A stretch of DNA of 33,465 nt from Candidatus Latescibacterota bacterium (GCA_041665965.1 JBAYHX010000001.1:1-33465); one strand, 5' to 3'; shown: positions 1-8,430, counted from the first letter of the stretch. Notes: generated by a model from the sequence alone, not told the origin. Numbers and translations: made by a program.

Positions 1-1
1 G

Positions 2-280
2 CCGTATATCGCCGGCATGGAAATGGGAAACGCGTACAGCGAGCTTACCGACCCGGTGGAGCAGTATGAGCGGTTCCTTTCCCAGCGGAACGAAAAATCG
101 GTAAAAGGGTACGAAGAGCACCCGGTGGATATGGATTTCATCCATGCAATCGCCTGTGGAATGCCGCCGACCGGCGGTGTCGGATATGGCGTAGATCGTT
201 TGATTATGCTCATGACCGGAAAAGAATCCATCCGTGATATCATCGCTTTCCCCATGCGGATGAACCGAAGAGAAGACTGA
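2..280 (+). CDS. lysS: Lysyl-tRNA synthetase, C-terminal fragment (5' end lies outside the window)
   Basis: The frame is open to the window edge. The translation [25 protein letters not shown]...[32 protein letters not shown] matches the class II aaRS motif-3 region typical of a LysRS C-terminus. Stop TGA at 278-280. Confidence 0.9.
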   Translation, partial: PYIAGMEMGNAYSELTDPVEQYERFLSQRNEKSVKGYEEHPVDMDFIHAIACGMPPTGGVGYGVDRLIMLMTGKESIRDIIAFPMRMNRRED

Positions 281-484
281 AGATAAAGGAAAATCTGCTG
301 TGCTTTTTAACAGTCTTTCTATCCTTCTCCTGTTATTATTAATTTTTATATATTCAGTAAAAGCATTTATGGAAAATATTTATCCCGTTTTCACTGGTAC
401 ATTTCCTGATTCTTTTTACAGGTTGCATCGTTAAATCTTGATATATATAGGAAAAGCAGCCATTAAGTATAATTTAAAACGAAT

Positions 485-567
485 ACTGCTCACTTAACCC
501 AAACTGCACTTCGACAAGCTCAGTGCCCGCTGGTTGAGCCTGTCGAAACCAGCCTTAAGTGAACAGT
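485..567. repeat. MITE-like 83-bp palindromic element with 13-bp terminal inverted repeats
   Basis: ACTGCTCACTTAA (485-497) matches the reverse complement of TTAAGTGAACAGT (555-567) at 12/13 positions. Internal hairpins are GCACT..AGTGC and GCTGGTT..AACCAGC. The element lies in the lysS-kinase intergenic region. Confidence 0.4.
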
Positions 568-601
568 GTTAAGTTCAAAACGTTTCCTTGTCAGAAAAGA
601 T

Positions 602-3600
602 ATGATGAAATCGGGAAAATCGGAATACAATAAAAGAGACAAGCCTCCGGAACTTCGTGAGAAGAATGAACCGAAAACAGGAATAATTCCGGAAGATATT
701 TCCGCTCTTTCACATGAAGAACTTAAGGAAGTGTATCATAAACTCCGTATTCATCAGACTAAACTGGAGCTTGAGAATGAGAAACTGAAGAAAGCTGAAT
801 CACGGCTCCTCTATCAGTCCGAGATATTGGCTCATATTCATGACGCTGTTATAGGACTTGACAGGTCTCTTGTCGTAACCGAATGGAATAAAGCGGCGGA
901 AGAGCTTTACGGATGGTCTGTACAGGAGGCGCTCGGCAGGAATGTTAATGAACTCATTCGGCCTGAAGAAACGCTCAAACACCCTTCAGTGATAATAAAA
1001 GAAGTTGATGAGGACGGGCGCTATCTTGGCGAAAGAATTCATCACCATCGTAATGGCAGGTTATTGTGGATAGAAGCGACGGTACTCCCGTTGAAGGGTG
1101 CCTCCGGGGAAATCAACGGTTATGTTGTCGCCAACCGTGATATAACGGAGCGCAAACGGATCGATGATGAGCTTCTCCAACTTAACGGCACCCTCAAAGC
1201 GCTCAGCAAAAGCAGCCAGGCGATGATGCTTGCACAGAGTGAATCACAGTACCTTGAAGAAGTGTGTAAAATTGTCACGGAAGACTGTGGTCATGCTATG
1301 GTGTGGATAGGGTTCGCCGAAAATGATGAAAACAAGACCATACGCCCTGTCGCCAATGCCGGATTCGAAGAAGGGTATCTGGAAACCTTGAAACTTACCT
1401 GGGCGGACACAGAGCGCGGGCGCGGCCCAACGGGGACTGCCATCCGTACAGGAAAGCCAGGCGGCTGCAAAAATATGCTCACCGATCCCCGGTTCAAGCC
1501 CTGGCGTGAAGATGCTATCAAACGCGGCTATGCGTCTTCGATCGTTTTCCCCCTGATGGCCGAAGGCAAAGCTTTCGGCGCGATATCGATATATTCCCGA
1601 AAGCCGGATCCATTCACAAAAAATGAAGTTGAGCTGCTTTCCGAGTTATCAGCCGACCTGGCTCATGGAATAACAGCGATCAGGATGTGTATGGCGCAGA
1701 CAAAGATTGAAGAAGCGCTGGCCAGGGAACGTGCCAATCTCCAGACGATGTTCGATGTCGTGAATGTCGGTATGCTGCTGATTGACCGGGAAGGAGTGGT
1801 CAAAAGGATCAATGATACGGTTTCTCGGTGGGTCGGAAAAGACTTTTCGGAATGCTACAGCGGTCAACCGGGCGATATCCTTGGATGTATCCATGCAATA
1901 TCTCATCCTCAGGGGTGTGGACATACCTCGTATTGTTTTTCCTGCCCAATCCGCGCCACATTTGAATCGGTGTTCCGTAACAGAGAATCTATACATAATG
2001 TTGAAACAGAGTTATCTGTTACGGTAGATGGAAAAGTGGTCCACATGTGGATTGAGGTCAGCGCCGATCCGTTAGTCTTGGATGAGCAGCCGCATGTCAT
2101 ACTGGTACTGAATAACATAACAGAACGCAAGCAGGCGGAAGAGGCGCTGCGGGAAAGCGGGGAGCGCTTCCGAAGGTTATTTGATGATGATTTGACAGGC
2201 GATTACCTGGCCAGTCCGGATGGAAAGCTGTTGTTAAGTAATCCGGCATTTGCCCGTCTTTTCGGATTTTCTTCCGTTGAGGATGAATCCGGGACGAGCA
2301 TAGAAGTTCTCTACCCACATCCAGAGATGTGGCGTGATTTTGTCGACAGATTGAGAAAAGAAAAAAGAATAGAATCTTTCGAAAGTGAGCGTATAAGGCT
2401 CGACGGTTCGAAAATCCATGTTATCGAAAATGCGGCGGGCACATTCGATGAAAATGGGGAACTTGATGAAATCCACGGATACATATTCGACATAACCGAG
2501 CGCAAGCAGGCGGACAAGGAAATTAAGAGTGTCGCGAGATTTCCGGAAGAGAATCCTAATCCGGTGCTGCGTGTTTCCTTTGAAGGAACCATTCTTTTTG
2601 CCAACAAAGCCAGCGATACCTTACTGGAAACCTGGGGAGTCCGGTCGGGGGAATCATTGCCCGGCCAATGGCGTGAGTCCATACGTGAAGTACAGCGGAC
2701 CGGCAAGGGACTATTAAAGGTAAGTAAATTCGGTGAGAGAATATTTACTCTTAATTTTGTTTTCATTCCCGGATTCGAGTATGTAAATATTTATTGTCTC
2801 GATATCACCGAACGTAAACAGGCCGAAGAAGCATTGGTGGAAACCAAGGATTATCTTGATAAGCTCCTCAATTATGCGAATGCCCCAATCATTGTCTGGA
2901 ATCCCGATATGCGGATAACACTTTTCAACCGCGCATTCGAGAAGCTTACCGGGTATTCTGCAGAAGAAGTCATCGGGCGCGAACTGGCTGTACTCTTCCC
3001 GCCGGAAAGCAAAGAACAATCCCTTGAAAGCATAGCCCGTACTGCCGGCGGAGAATATTGGGAAACGGTGGAAATTCCCATTCGCCGTAAAAATGGAGAA
3101 GTACGGATCGCACTCTGGAACTCGGCAAATATTACTGCTTCGGATGGTCTAACAATAGTTGCTACAATTGCCCAGGGGCAGGATATAACCGAGCGTAAGA
3201 AAGCGGAAGAAAAACTGAGAGAGACAAATAAGGAACTGGAGCAGTTCGCGTATGTTGCCTCTCACGACCTTCAGGAGCCGCTGCGGTCAGTGAACAGTTT
3301 TACCGAACTTCTTGAGAGACGTTACAGGGATCAACTTGATGAAAGAGCAAAGGAGTATATTGGATTTATCGTCGATGGGGCGTCGCGGATGCAGAGGCTT
3401 ATTCAGGACCTTCTTGCCTTTTCGAAGGTGGGACGTATAAATAGTGAACCCAGCTTTATTAGCTGCAACGAAATAATAGAAAGAGTTTACGGGAATATAA
3501 AAGAGTCCATTGAAGAAACCGGCGCCGAAATTTCTCACGGCGACCTTCCCGTTCTTTATGCCAATGAAACGAGTCTCACCCAGCTTTTTCAAAACCTGAT

Positions 3601-3895
3601 CGGCAATGCTGTCAAATTTCACAAAGAAGGAGTGTCTCCCCGTGTGCATGTTTCAGCGCAGCGAAAAGAAAGTGAATGGCTCTTTTCTGTAAAAGACAAC
3701 GGCATCGGAATAAACAAAAAATATTTTGGGAAATTATTTGTGATTTTCCAGCGGCTGCACGGCAGAGACGAGTATCCGGGCACCGGCATAGGACTGGCAA
3801 TCTGCAAGAAAATAGTTGAGTCCTATGGCGGGAGAATATGGGTAGAATCCAGTGAAGGAGAAGGAGCCACATTTTATTTTACTTTTCCCGTGTAA
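602..3895 (+). CDS. Multi-sensor (PAS-GAF-PAS x4/5) signal-transduction histidine kinase
   Basis: The 1109-aa ORF (566..3895) is listed from a GTG inside the repeat; ATG 602 (MMKSGKS) is preferred. PAS modules each end in (D/N)ITERK(R/Q/K). There is a GAF-like block (YLEEVCKIV...AFGAISIYSRKPDPF) and an ENPNPVLRV sensor module. H-box is FAYVASHDLQEPLRSV. N-box is LIGNAVKF. G-boxes are DNGIGI and GTGIGLAICKKIV. Confidence 0.9.
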   Translation: MMKSGKSEYNKRDKPPELREKNEPKTGIIPEDISALSHEELKEVYHKLRIHQTKLELENEKLKKAESRLLYQSEILAHIHDAVIGLDRSLVVTEWNKAAEELYGWSVQEALGRNVNELIRPEETLKHPSVIIKEVDEDGRYLGERIHHHRNGRLLWIEATVLPLKGASGEINGYVVANRDITERKRIDDELLQLNGTLKALSKSSQAMMLAQSESQYLEEVCKIVTEDCGHAMVWIGFAENDENKTIRPVANAGFEEGYLETLKLTWADTERGRGPTGTAIRTGKPGGCKNMLTDPRFKPWREDAIKRGYASSIVFPLMAEGKAFGAISIYSRKPDPFTKNEVELLSELSADLAHGITAIRMCMAQTKIEEALARERANLQTMFDVVNVGMLLIDREGVVKRINDTVSRWVGKDFSECYSGQPGDILGCIHAISHPQGCGHTSYCFSCPIRATFESVFRNRESIHNVETELSVTVDGKVVHMWIEVSADPLVLDEQPHVILVLNNITERKQAEEALRESGERFRRLFDDDLTGDYLASPDGKLLLSNPAFARLFGFSSVEDESGTSIEVLYPHPEMWRDFVDRLRKEKRIESFESERIRLDGSKIHVIENAAGTFDENGELDEIHGYIFDITERKQADKEIKSVARFPEENPNPVLRVSFEGTILFANKASDTLLETWGVRSGESLPGQWRESIREVQRTGKGLLKVSKFGERIFTLNFVFIPGFEYVNIYCLDITERKQAEEALVETKDYLDKLLNYANAPIIVWNPDMRITLFNRAFEKLTGYSAEEVIGRELAVLFPPESKEQSLESIARTAGGEYWETVEIPIRRKNGEVRIALWNSANITASDGLTIVATIAQGQDITERKKAEEKLRETNKELEQFAYVASHDLQEPLRSVNSFTELLERRYRDQLDERAKEYIGFIVDGASRMQRLIQDLLAFSKVGRINSEPSFISCNEIIERVYGNIKESIEETGAEISHGDLPVLYANETSLTQLFQNLIGNAVKFHKEGVSPRVHVSAQRKESEWLFSVKDNGIGINKKYFGKLFVIFQRLHGRDEYPGTGIGLAICKKIVESYGGRIWVESSEGEGATFYFTFPV

Positions 3896-3943
3896 AGTAT
3901 TACTTTTGAGGTATTGCTATAGATATATACATAGGGAGCGGCG

Positions 3944-4399
3944 ATGGAGAAGGGAAATACGAACTTGAAAGAAGTCAATATTTTACTTGTTGAGGATAAT
4001 CCGGCGGATGTGCGTTTGACACAGGAGGCTCTCGAAGAGTCTAAACTATACTGTAAACTGTATACAGTATATGACGGGGAAGCGGCAATGGAGTTTTTGT
4101 ACAAAGAGGGGAAGTATGGTGATGCAACTCGCCCGGATCTTATAATTCTGGACCTTAATCTGCCTAAAAAGGATGGCAGAGAGGTGCTCAAAGAGATTAA
4201 GGAAGACGAAAAACTGAAATCCATTCCGGTGGTTGTCCTGACAATGTCGAAATCCGAAGAGGATGCATGGAAGGCCTACGATCTTCACGCTAATTGCTAC
4301 ATCACAAAACCGATAGATTTCAACCAGTTTATTAAAGTAGTAAAATCGATACAGGATTTTTGGTTCACTATTGTCAAATTACCGCCAAGACGGGAATAA
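3944..4399 (+). CDS. Single-domain response regulator (CheY/Rcp1-like receiver)
   Basis: 151 aa with [27 protein letters not shown] (phospho-acceptor Asp), VVVLTMS and CYITKP. GGGAG RBS upstream. It follows the kinase after 48 nt. Confidence 0.9.
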   Translation: MEKGNTNLKEVNILLVEDNPADVRLTQEALEESKLYCKLYTVYDGEAAMEFLYKEGKYGDATRPDLIILDLNLPKKDGREVLKEIKEDEKLKSIPVVVLTMSKSEEDAWKAYDLHANCYITKPIDFNQFIKVVKSIQDFWFTIVKLPPRRE

Positions 4400-4414
4400 A
4401 AAGCGAGAAGAATC

Positions 4415-6052
4415 ATGGAGAAGACATTACGAGTTCTTATGCTGGAAGACAATCCGGGTGATGCTCAGTTAAACGCGGTGCAGCTTTCCGACTCGGGATT
4501 GTCATTCATGTATCACCGGGTCGAGAAAGAAGAGGATTACCTGAGAGAACTCAAAGAGTTTAAACCCGATATAATCCTTGCCGACTATCAACTTCCAAAA
4601 TTCGACGGTCTTTCCGCACTCCATCTTGCCCAGGAACGCTATCCGTTCATCCCCTTTATCATCGTGTCAGGAGTCCTTGAGGAAGAAACCGCGATCAAGC
4701 TTCTCAGAGAAGGGGCGTCAGATTATATACTGAAAGAAAAGATAGCAAGGCTCGGTCCGGCTGTTAAAAACGCTTTTGATATGAAGAAAATAAAAGAGGA
4801 TAAAGCCCGCGCCGAAGAGGAATTAAAAGAATCTTTTCAGTATCTTGAAAAACGTGTTCAGGATCGGACCCGTGAGCTGTCCAAAGCCAATGATGCGTTG
4901 AAGAAGGAAATCGCGGAACGTATAAAATTCGAAGAGGCATTGCGTCAGAGCGAGGAGCGGTGGGCCGCTACTCTTTCGAGTATTCGCGATGCGGTTATCG
5001 CCACCGACATAGAAGGGAAAATAACTATTATGAACGCCGTGGCGGAAGAATTGACAGGCTGGAGCCTCCAGGAAGCCATGCAGAACCCGGCCGAGAATGT
5101 GTTCACTATTTTCAAAGCCGACACCCGCCATAAAACCGAAAATCCGATTAGCAGCGTGATCAAAAAGGGGGGGACGGTAATCCTTTCCGATAACACTATC
5201 CTTGTCCGTCGGGATGGAACAGAAATCTGGATCGATGACAGCTGTGCGACTATACAAGACCGTGACGGCAATACTACCGGCGTTGTGCTTGTTTTCCGCG
5301 ACAAGACAGAGCGTAAAAAATTAGAGGAAAACGTCCAAAAACTCCGCAGGGAATATGAAGCTTTCATGGAGCATGAGATGAAAAATCTTGTGTTTCCCAT
5401 GAAAGTATATGCCGAATCACTGAAGAAATCCGGGAAAGAGAATTTAAGACCTGAGCAGAAATCCTACCTTCTCCGTATCGGTGAAAGCGCCGAACAGGCA
5501 ATAAATCTGATCGACCATCTGAAAAAAATGCATGATATAGAAGCGGGATACTATGAGATGAGAATAGCTGAACAGCCGCTTTCTGCAGTTATCGGACAGG
5601 TGATCCGGGAGTTGACTTCTCCGGCGCAGAAAAATCGCGTACAAATAGATTTCTCCCCCCGTGAAGAAAGGTCGAACATCCCCATGGATATTAAACTCAT
5701 GCCGGGAGTGTTCATGCACCTGATCCGGAATGCCATAGAACATGTGCGGGATTGTTCCGATGTTGCCGATAAAAAAGTGAAAGTGGATGTGTTCAACGAA
5801 AAAGACACCGTAGTGGTAAAAATAAACAACCGGGGTGAGCCGGTATCTCAAGAGCGGCTTGCGACTTTCTTCGAAAAGTTCAATATGGATATGCATCGTC
5901 CGAAAAAGAAGAGAATGGGGCTGGGTACCGCTTACGTATACATCGTGACCCGCGCCCACGGCGGCGATATATGGGTGGAGTCCAGCCACAAAGAAGGAAC
6001 AACGGTTACCCTGTCGTTCCCGCTCTCCGTTCTTCCTGCGGCGGAAGGATGA
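4415..6052 (+). CDS. Hybrid REC-coiled coil-PAS-histidine kinase
   Basis: 545 aa. N-terminal receiver (LMLEDNPGDA, IILADYQLPKFDG, GASDYILK). PAS block (IRDAVIATDIEGKITIMNAVAEELTGWS...FRDKTERKK). Degenerate H-box FMEHEMKNL. N-box LIRNAIEH. G2-like GLGTAYVYIV. It starts 15 nt after the preceding gene. Confidence 0.85.
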   Translation: MEKTLRVLMLEDNPGDAQLNAVQLSDSGLSFMYHRVEKEEDYLRELKEFKPDIILADYQLPKFDGLSALHLAQERYPFIPFIIVSGVLEEETAIKLLREGASDYILKEKIARLGPAVKNAFDMKKIKEDKARAEEELKESFQYLEKRVQDRTRELSKANDALKKEIAERIKFEEALRQSEERWAATLSSIRDAVIATDIEGKITIMNAVAEELTGWSLQEAMQNPAENVFTIFKADTRHKTENPISSVIKKGGTVILSDNTILVRRDGTEIWIDDSCATIQDRDGNTTGVVLVFRDKTERKKLEENVQKLRREYEAFMEHEMKNLVFPMKVYAESLKKSGKENLRPEQKSYLLRIGESAEQAINLIDHLKKMHDIEAGYYEMRIAEQPLSAVIGQVIRELTSPAQKNRVQIDFSPREERSNIPMDIKLMPGVFMHLIRNAIEHVRDCSDVADKKVKVDVFNEKDTVVVKINNRGEPVSQERLATFFEKFNMDMHRPKKKRMGLGTAYVYIVTRAHGGDIWVESSHKEGTTVTLSFPLSVLPAAEG

Positions 6053-6133
6053 AGTAAGGGAAATCCGGGGGATGCAAACATGTGGAAAAGATTGTCTGAA
6101 TCCCTGATATACGGTGCAGTCATATAATTGTCC

Positions 6134-6161
6134 TTGACATTAGGTCTATATTCAGTATCAT
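6134..6161 (+). promoter_or_regulatory. Sigma-70-type promoter candidate for the phd/parE-like pair
   Basis: TTGACA (6134-6139), a 16-nt spacer, then TATCAT (6156-6161). GGAGGA RBS at 6171-6176 and ATG at 6183. Confidence 0.45.
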
Positions 6162-6182
6162 ATAAAGACCGGAGGATATAAA

Positions 6183-6464
6183 ATGAATATATTAAGTGAT
6201 ATAAAACCAGTCACCTATTTGAAGTCAAAAGCAGCCGATCTGCTCAAACAAATCAATGAAACCCGCCACCCTGTCATTATTACGCAAAATGGAGAACCGA
6301 GAGCTGTTCTTCAAGATCCTAAAAGCTATGAAAATATGCGTAATGCAATTAGTATTCTAAAGCTTATCGCGCAGGGAGAGGAGGATATAAGGAACGGCAA
6401 AGTCAAGCCGCAGGAGGATGTTTTTAAAGATATTGAAATCTTGCTGAAAGAAAAGCATACATGA
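6183..6464 (+). CDS. Type II antitoxin, Phd/YefM family
   Basis: 93 aa. The N-terminus (VTYLKSKAADLLKQINETRHPVIITQNGEPRAVLQDPKSYE) is the typical Phd/YefM fold signature. A 4-nt ATGA overlap links it to the downstream toxin ORF. Confidence 0.85.
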   Translation: MNILSDIKPVTYLKSKAADLLKQINETRHPVIITQNGEPRAVLQDPKSYENMRNAISILKLIAQGEEDIRNGKVKPQEDVFKDIEILLKEKHT

Positions 6465-6793
6465 GCCAAAAATATGATGTTATCTGGGCTGGTGTTGCGG
6501 GAAATGATTTAAAAGACATCATTGAATTCATTGCTGTAGACAATCCGGCAAATGCATTAAAAACATTAAAAAAAATCAAACAAAACGCATCAAATCTGTA
6601 TACCTTCCCCGAAAGAGGCCGCATAGTACCTGAACTTCAAGACCAGGGTATTTTTATTTATCGTGAATTAATCGTTCCGCCATGGAGAATTATATATAGA
6701 ATATCGGAAACAAAGATTTATGTTTTGTCTATTTTAGATACAAGACAGAATGTTGAAGATATCCTGTTTAAAAGATTGATCTGTCATACATAA
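6461..6793 (+). CDS. Type II toxin, ParE/RelE family
   Basis: 110 aa with A..DL..I..FIA.DNP..A......I......L..FPERGRIVPEL...IYRELIV.PWRIIYRI....IYVLSILDTRQN, a ParE/RelE-like pattern. Translationally coupled to the antitoxin. Confidence 0.85.
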   Translation: MSQKYDVIWAGVAGNDLKDIIEFIAVDNPANALKTLKKIKQNASNLYTFPERGRIVPELQDQGIFIYRELIVPPWRIIYRISETKIYVLSILDTRQNVEDILFKRLICHT

Positions 6794-6852
6794 CTCAACG
6801 GTTACTTTTTGCCAATGCTTCTCGGATCGTATATACACAGGAGAAAACAACG

Positions 6853-7059
6853 ATGAAATTCATGGTAACCATAACGAGGGATGAAGACGGGATGTTTATC
6901 GCGGAATGTCCTTCGATTCCCGGTTGCGTAAGCCAGGGTAAAACAGAGGATGAAGCCCAAGGTAATATCCAGGATGCGATCAAGGAATGTCTGGAAGTTC
7001 GCGCAGAAAAAGGGATGCCGCTCACGGTCACTACCCGGCAGGTCGAGGTTGTCGTATAA
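6853..7059 (+). CDS. hicB: Type II antitoxin, HicB family (short UPF0150-type)
   Basis: 68 aa. MKFMVTITRDEDGMFIAECPSIPGCVSQGKTEDEAQGNIQDAIKECLE is the HicB/UPF0150 N-terminal fold pattern. AGGAGA RBS. Stop and next start overlap as TAATG. Confidence 0.85.
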   Translation: MKFMVTITRDEDGMFIAECPSIPGCVSQGKTEDEAQGNIQDAIKECLEVRAEKGMPLTVTTRQVEVVV

Positions 7060-7282
7060 TGTCCCCCATTCCTCTTCTCCGGCCACATGAGGTCATAAAG
7101 ATTTTTGAAAAATTCGGGTGGCACATCGCTCGTCAAAAAGGGAGCCATATCATATGGCCAAAGATGGACACATCGCGACATTGTCAATTCCCAATCACCC
7201 GCAGGTAGCACGGGGAACGCTTCGCAGTCTGATTACAAAAGCAGGTATAACTGACGAAGAATTCATCGATGCTGGGAAATAA
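7059..7282 (+). pseudogene. hicA: HicA-family mRNA interferase toxin, interrupted by a 1-nt frameshift
   Basis: Frame A (7059..7208) reads MSPIPLLRPHEVIKIFEKFGWHIARQKGSHIIW and then runs into unrelated residues and a stop. Frame B (from about 7154 to stop 7280-7282) reads (M)AKDGHIATLSIPNHPQVARGTLRSLITKAGITDEEFIDAGK. Joined, the two halves reproduce the HicA pattern KGSH....DG...T..IP.H....GTLRS.I.KAGI. Confidence 0.75.
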
Positions 7283-7454
7283 TTCCACACAAACGGAGTA
7301 TGCAAAGTAATATAGCACGCAGATACATGTGGCAACGGCTGTATTCAATCAACAAAAACTGGGTACTCAGAGATTCCTCTGGAGTATTATCTGAGGGCAA
7401 AGCCAAAATATAGGATTTATATAGAAACCATATAAAGAGAATTAACTGCAAAAG

Positions 7455-7682
7455 ATGAAAATACTACCATTCAACAAGGCGAATCTTGAGCAGACGTGCA
7501 ATGTTCTGGGGGACACTGAGACAGGCCTGACTGGGAGTGAGATTGGCCGGTATCTGCGAGAATGCGGAATTGCCGATCCCAGTCCCAGAATGACGAAGCG
7601 CATTCGGCTGTATGATGCGCTACTCACCCGGCAGCGGACTGACGACTGTGCGAACAACGTTGCGCCTTTATCCAGAGAGTGA
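7455..7682 (+). CDS. N-terminal fragment of a TIGR02391 (Hypoth_Ymh, HEPN-like) family protein
   Basis: 75 aa. LGDTETGLTGSEIGRYLRECGIADPSP..TKRIRLYDAL resembles the N-terminal region I recall in full-length (about 270 aa) TIGR02391 proteins. It ends in a TGA that overlaps the GTG of the next ORF (GTGA). Confidence 0.6.
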   Translation: MKILPFNKANLEQTCNVLGDTETGLTGSEIGRYLRECGIADPSPRMTKRIRLYDALLTRQRTDDCANNVAPLSRE

Positions 7683-8266
7683 TGAACCCAGTACTTCACG
7701 TGCAATCGCCAGACTACTTCAAAAAGAAGCAGGAGGAGTTAAACCGCGTTCTCGCGTTCGAGGGACTCCGGTTAACAGACCAGGGGACACTGGAATCCTG
7801 CAAGCAAGCGCGAACTATAACAGAAGCTGAAGCATTGGCTGATCAGCTTCGCCGGAAGCTCATTGAGCGAAGAGTCCATTCCGATGTTTTGAAATTTTGC
7901 CGTGCGGAGCTTGTCGAGGGGAACTACTTTCACGCAGTCTTGGAAGCTACAAAAAGTGTTGCCCAGAAAATCCGGGACAAGACAGGACTTTCATCAGATG
8001 GTGGAGAACTTGTGGATGACGCCTTCGGCATCGGTAAGAAGGCATGCCCAGTTCTCGCTTTCAACGCGCTCTCAACGGAGTCTGAGCAAAGTGAGCATAA
8101 GGGGCTGATGAATCTAATGAAAGGCTTCTTCGGAACCTTCCGCAATCCTACAGCACATGCTCCGCGCATAGCTTGGGAAATCACTGAGCAGGATGCCCTT
8201 GACATGATGACGGTCGCATCGCTCTTGCATCGGAGACTTGATGAGGCAGTGAAAACGGGCTTTTAA
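7679..8266 (+). CDS. C-terminal part of a TIGR02391 (Hypoth_Ymh) protein with a HEPN-type Rx4H motif
   Basis: 195 aa. CRAELVEGNYFHAVLEATKSVAQKIR...SEHKGLMNLMKGFFGTFRNPTAHAPRIAWEITEQDALDMMTVASLLHRRLD. R-N-P-T-A-H is encoded at 8141-8158. The same frame stays open upstream to 7643 and reads ..AFIQRVMNPV, continuous with the family pattern. Confidence 0.75.
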   Translation: MMNPVLHVQSPDYFKKKQEELNRVLAFEGLRLTDQGTLESCKQARTITEAEALADQLRRKLIERRVHSDVLKFCRAELVEGNYFHAVLEATKSVAQKIRDKTGLSSDGGELVDDAFGIGKKACPVLAFNALSTESEQSEHKGLMNLMKGFFGTFRNPTAHAPRIAWEITEQDALDMMTVASLLHRRLDEAVKTGF

Positions 8267-8430
8267 TATAGCGGTGGAACACTACACCGTGAAGCGTGAC
8301 GAGGTTCACCGCCACCGTTTAACATCTTTGCCCCTCCCGCTTATCCCTCTTTCCAAACCCCCCTCAAAATTTGTATAAAACACCAGCTTCTATTTTTTTA
8401 AATTTTCTTTTTCTTTTCATCCCTCACCCT

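Noticed and set aside
566-601. Upstream extensions of the longest ORFs: kinase from GTG 566, DinB-like from 16143, PiT from GTG 20416, TPR protein from 28667, and HTH protein from 30637.
   Set aside because: The extensions overlap a repeat element (566), the ackA coding region (16143), or AT-rich promoter-like DNA (28667). Internal starts have better RBS context or produce canonical N-termini such as a signal peptide or HTH. The start choices remain uncertain by a few codons.
7148-7666. The idea that both frameshifts (hicA and the TIGR02391 gene) are the same systematic error, namely loss of a G in a GGCC context, for example a methylation-linked base-calling artefact.
   Set aside because: The exact indel position cannot be fixed from the sequence. 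In hicA, for instance, an indel in ATCATATG is equally possible. With only two cases the shared context is not demonstrable. Read-level data are needed.
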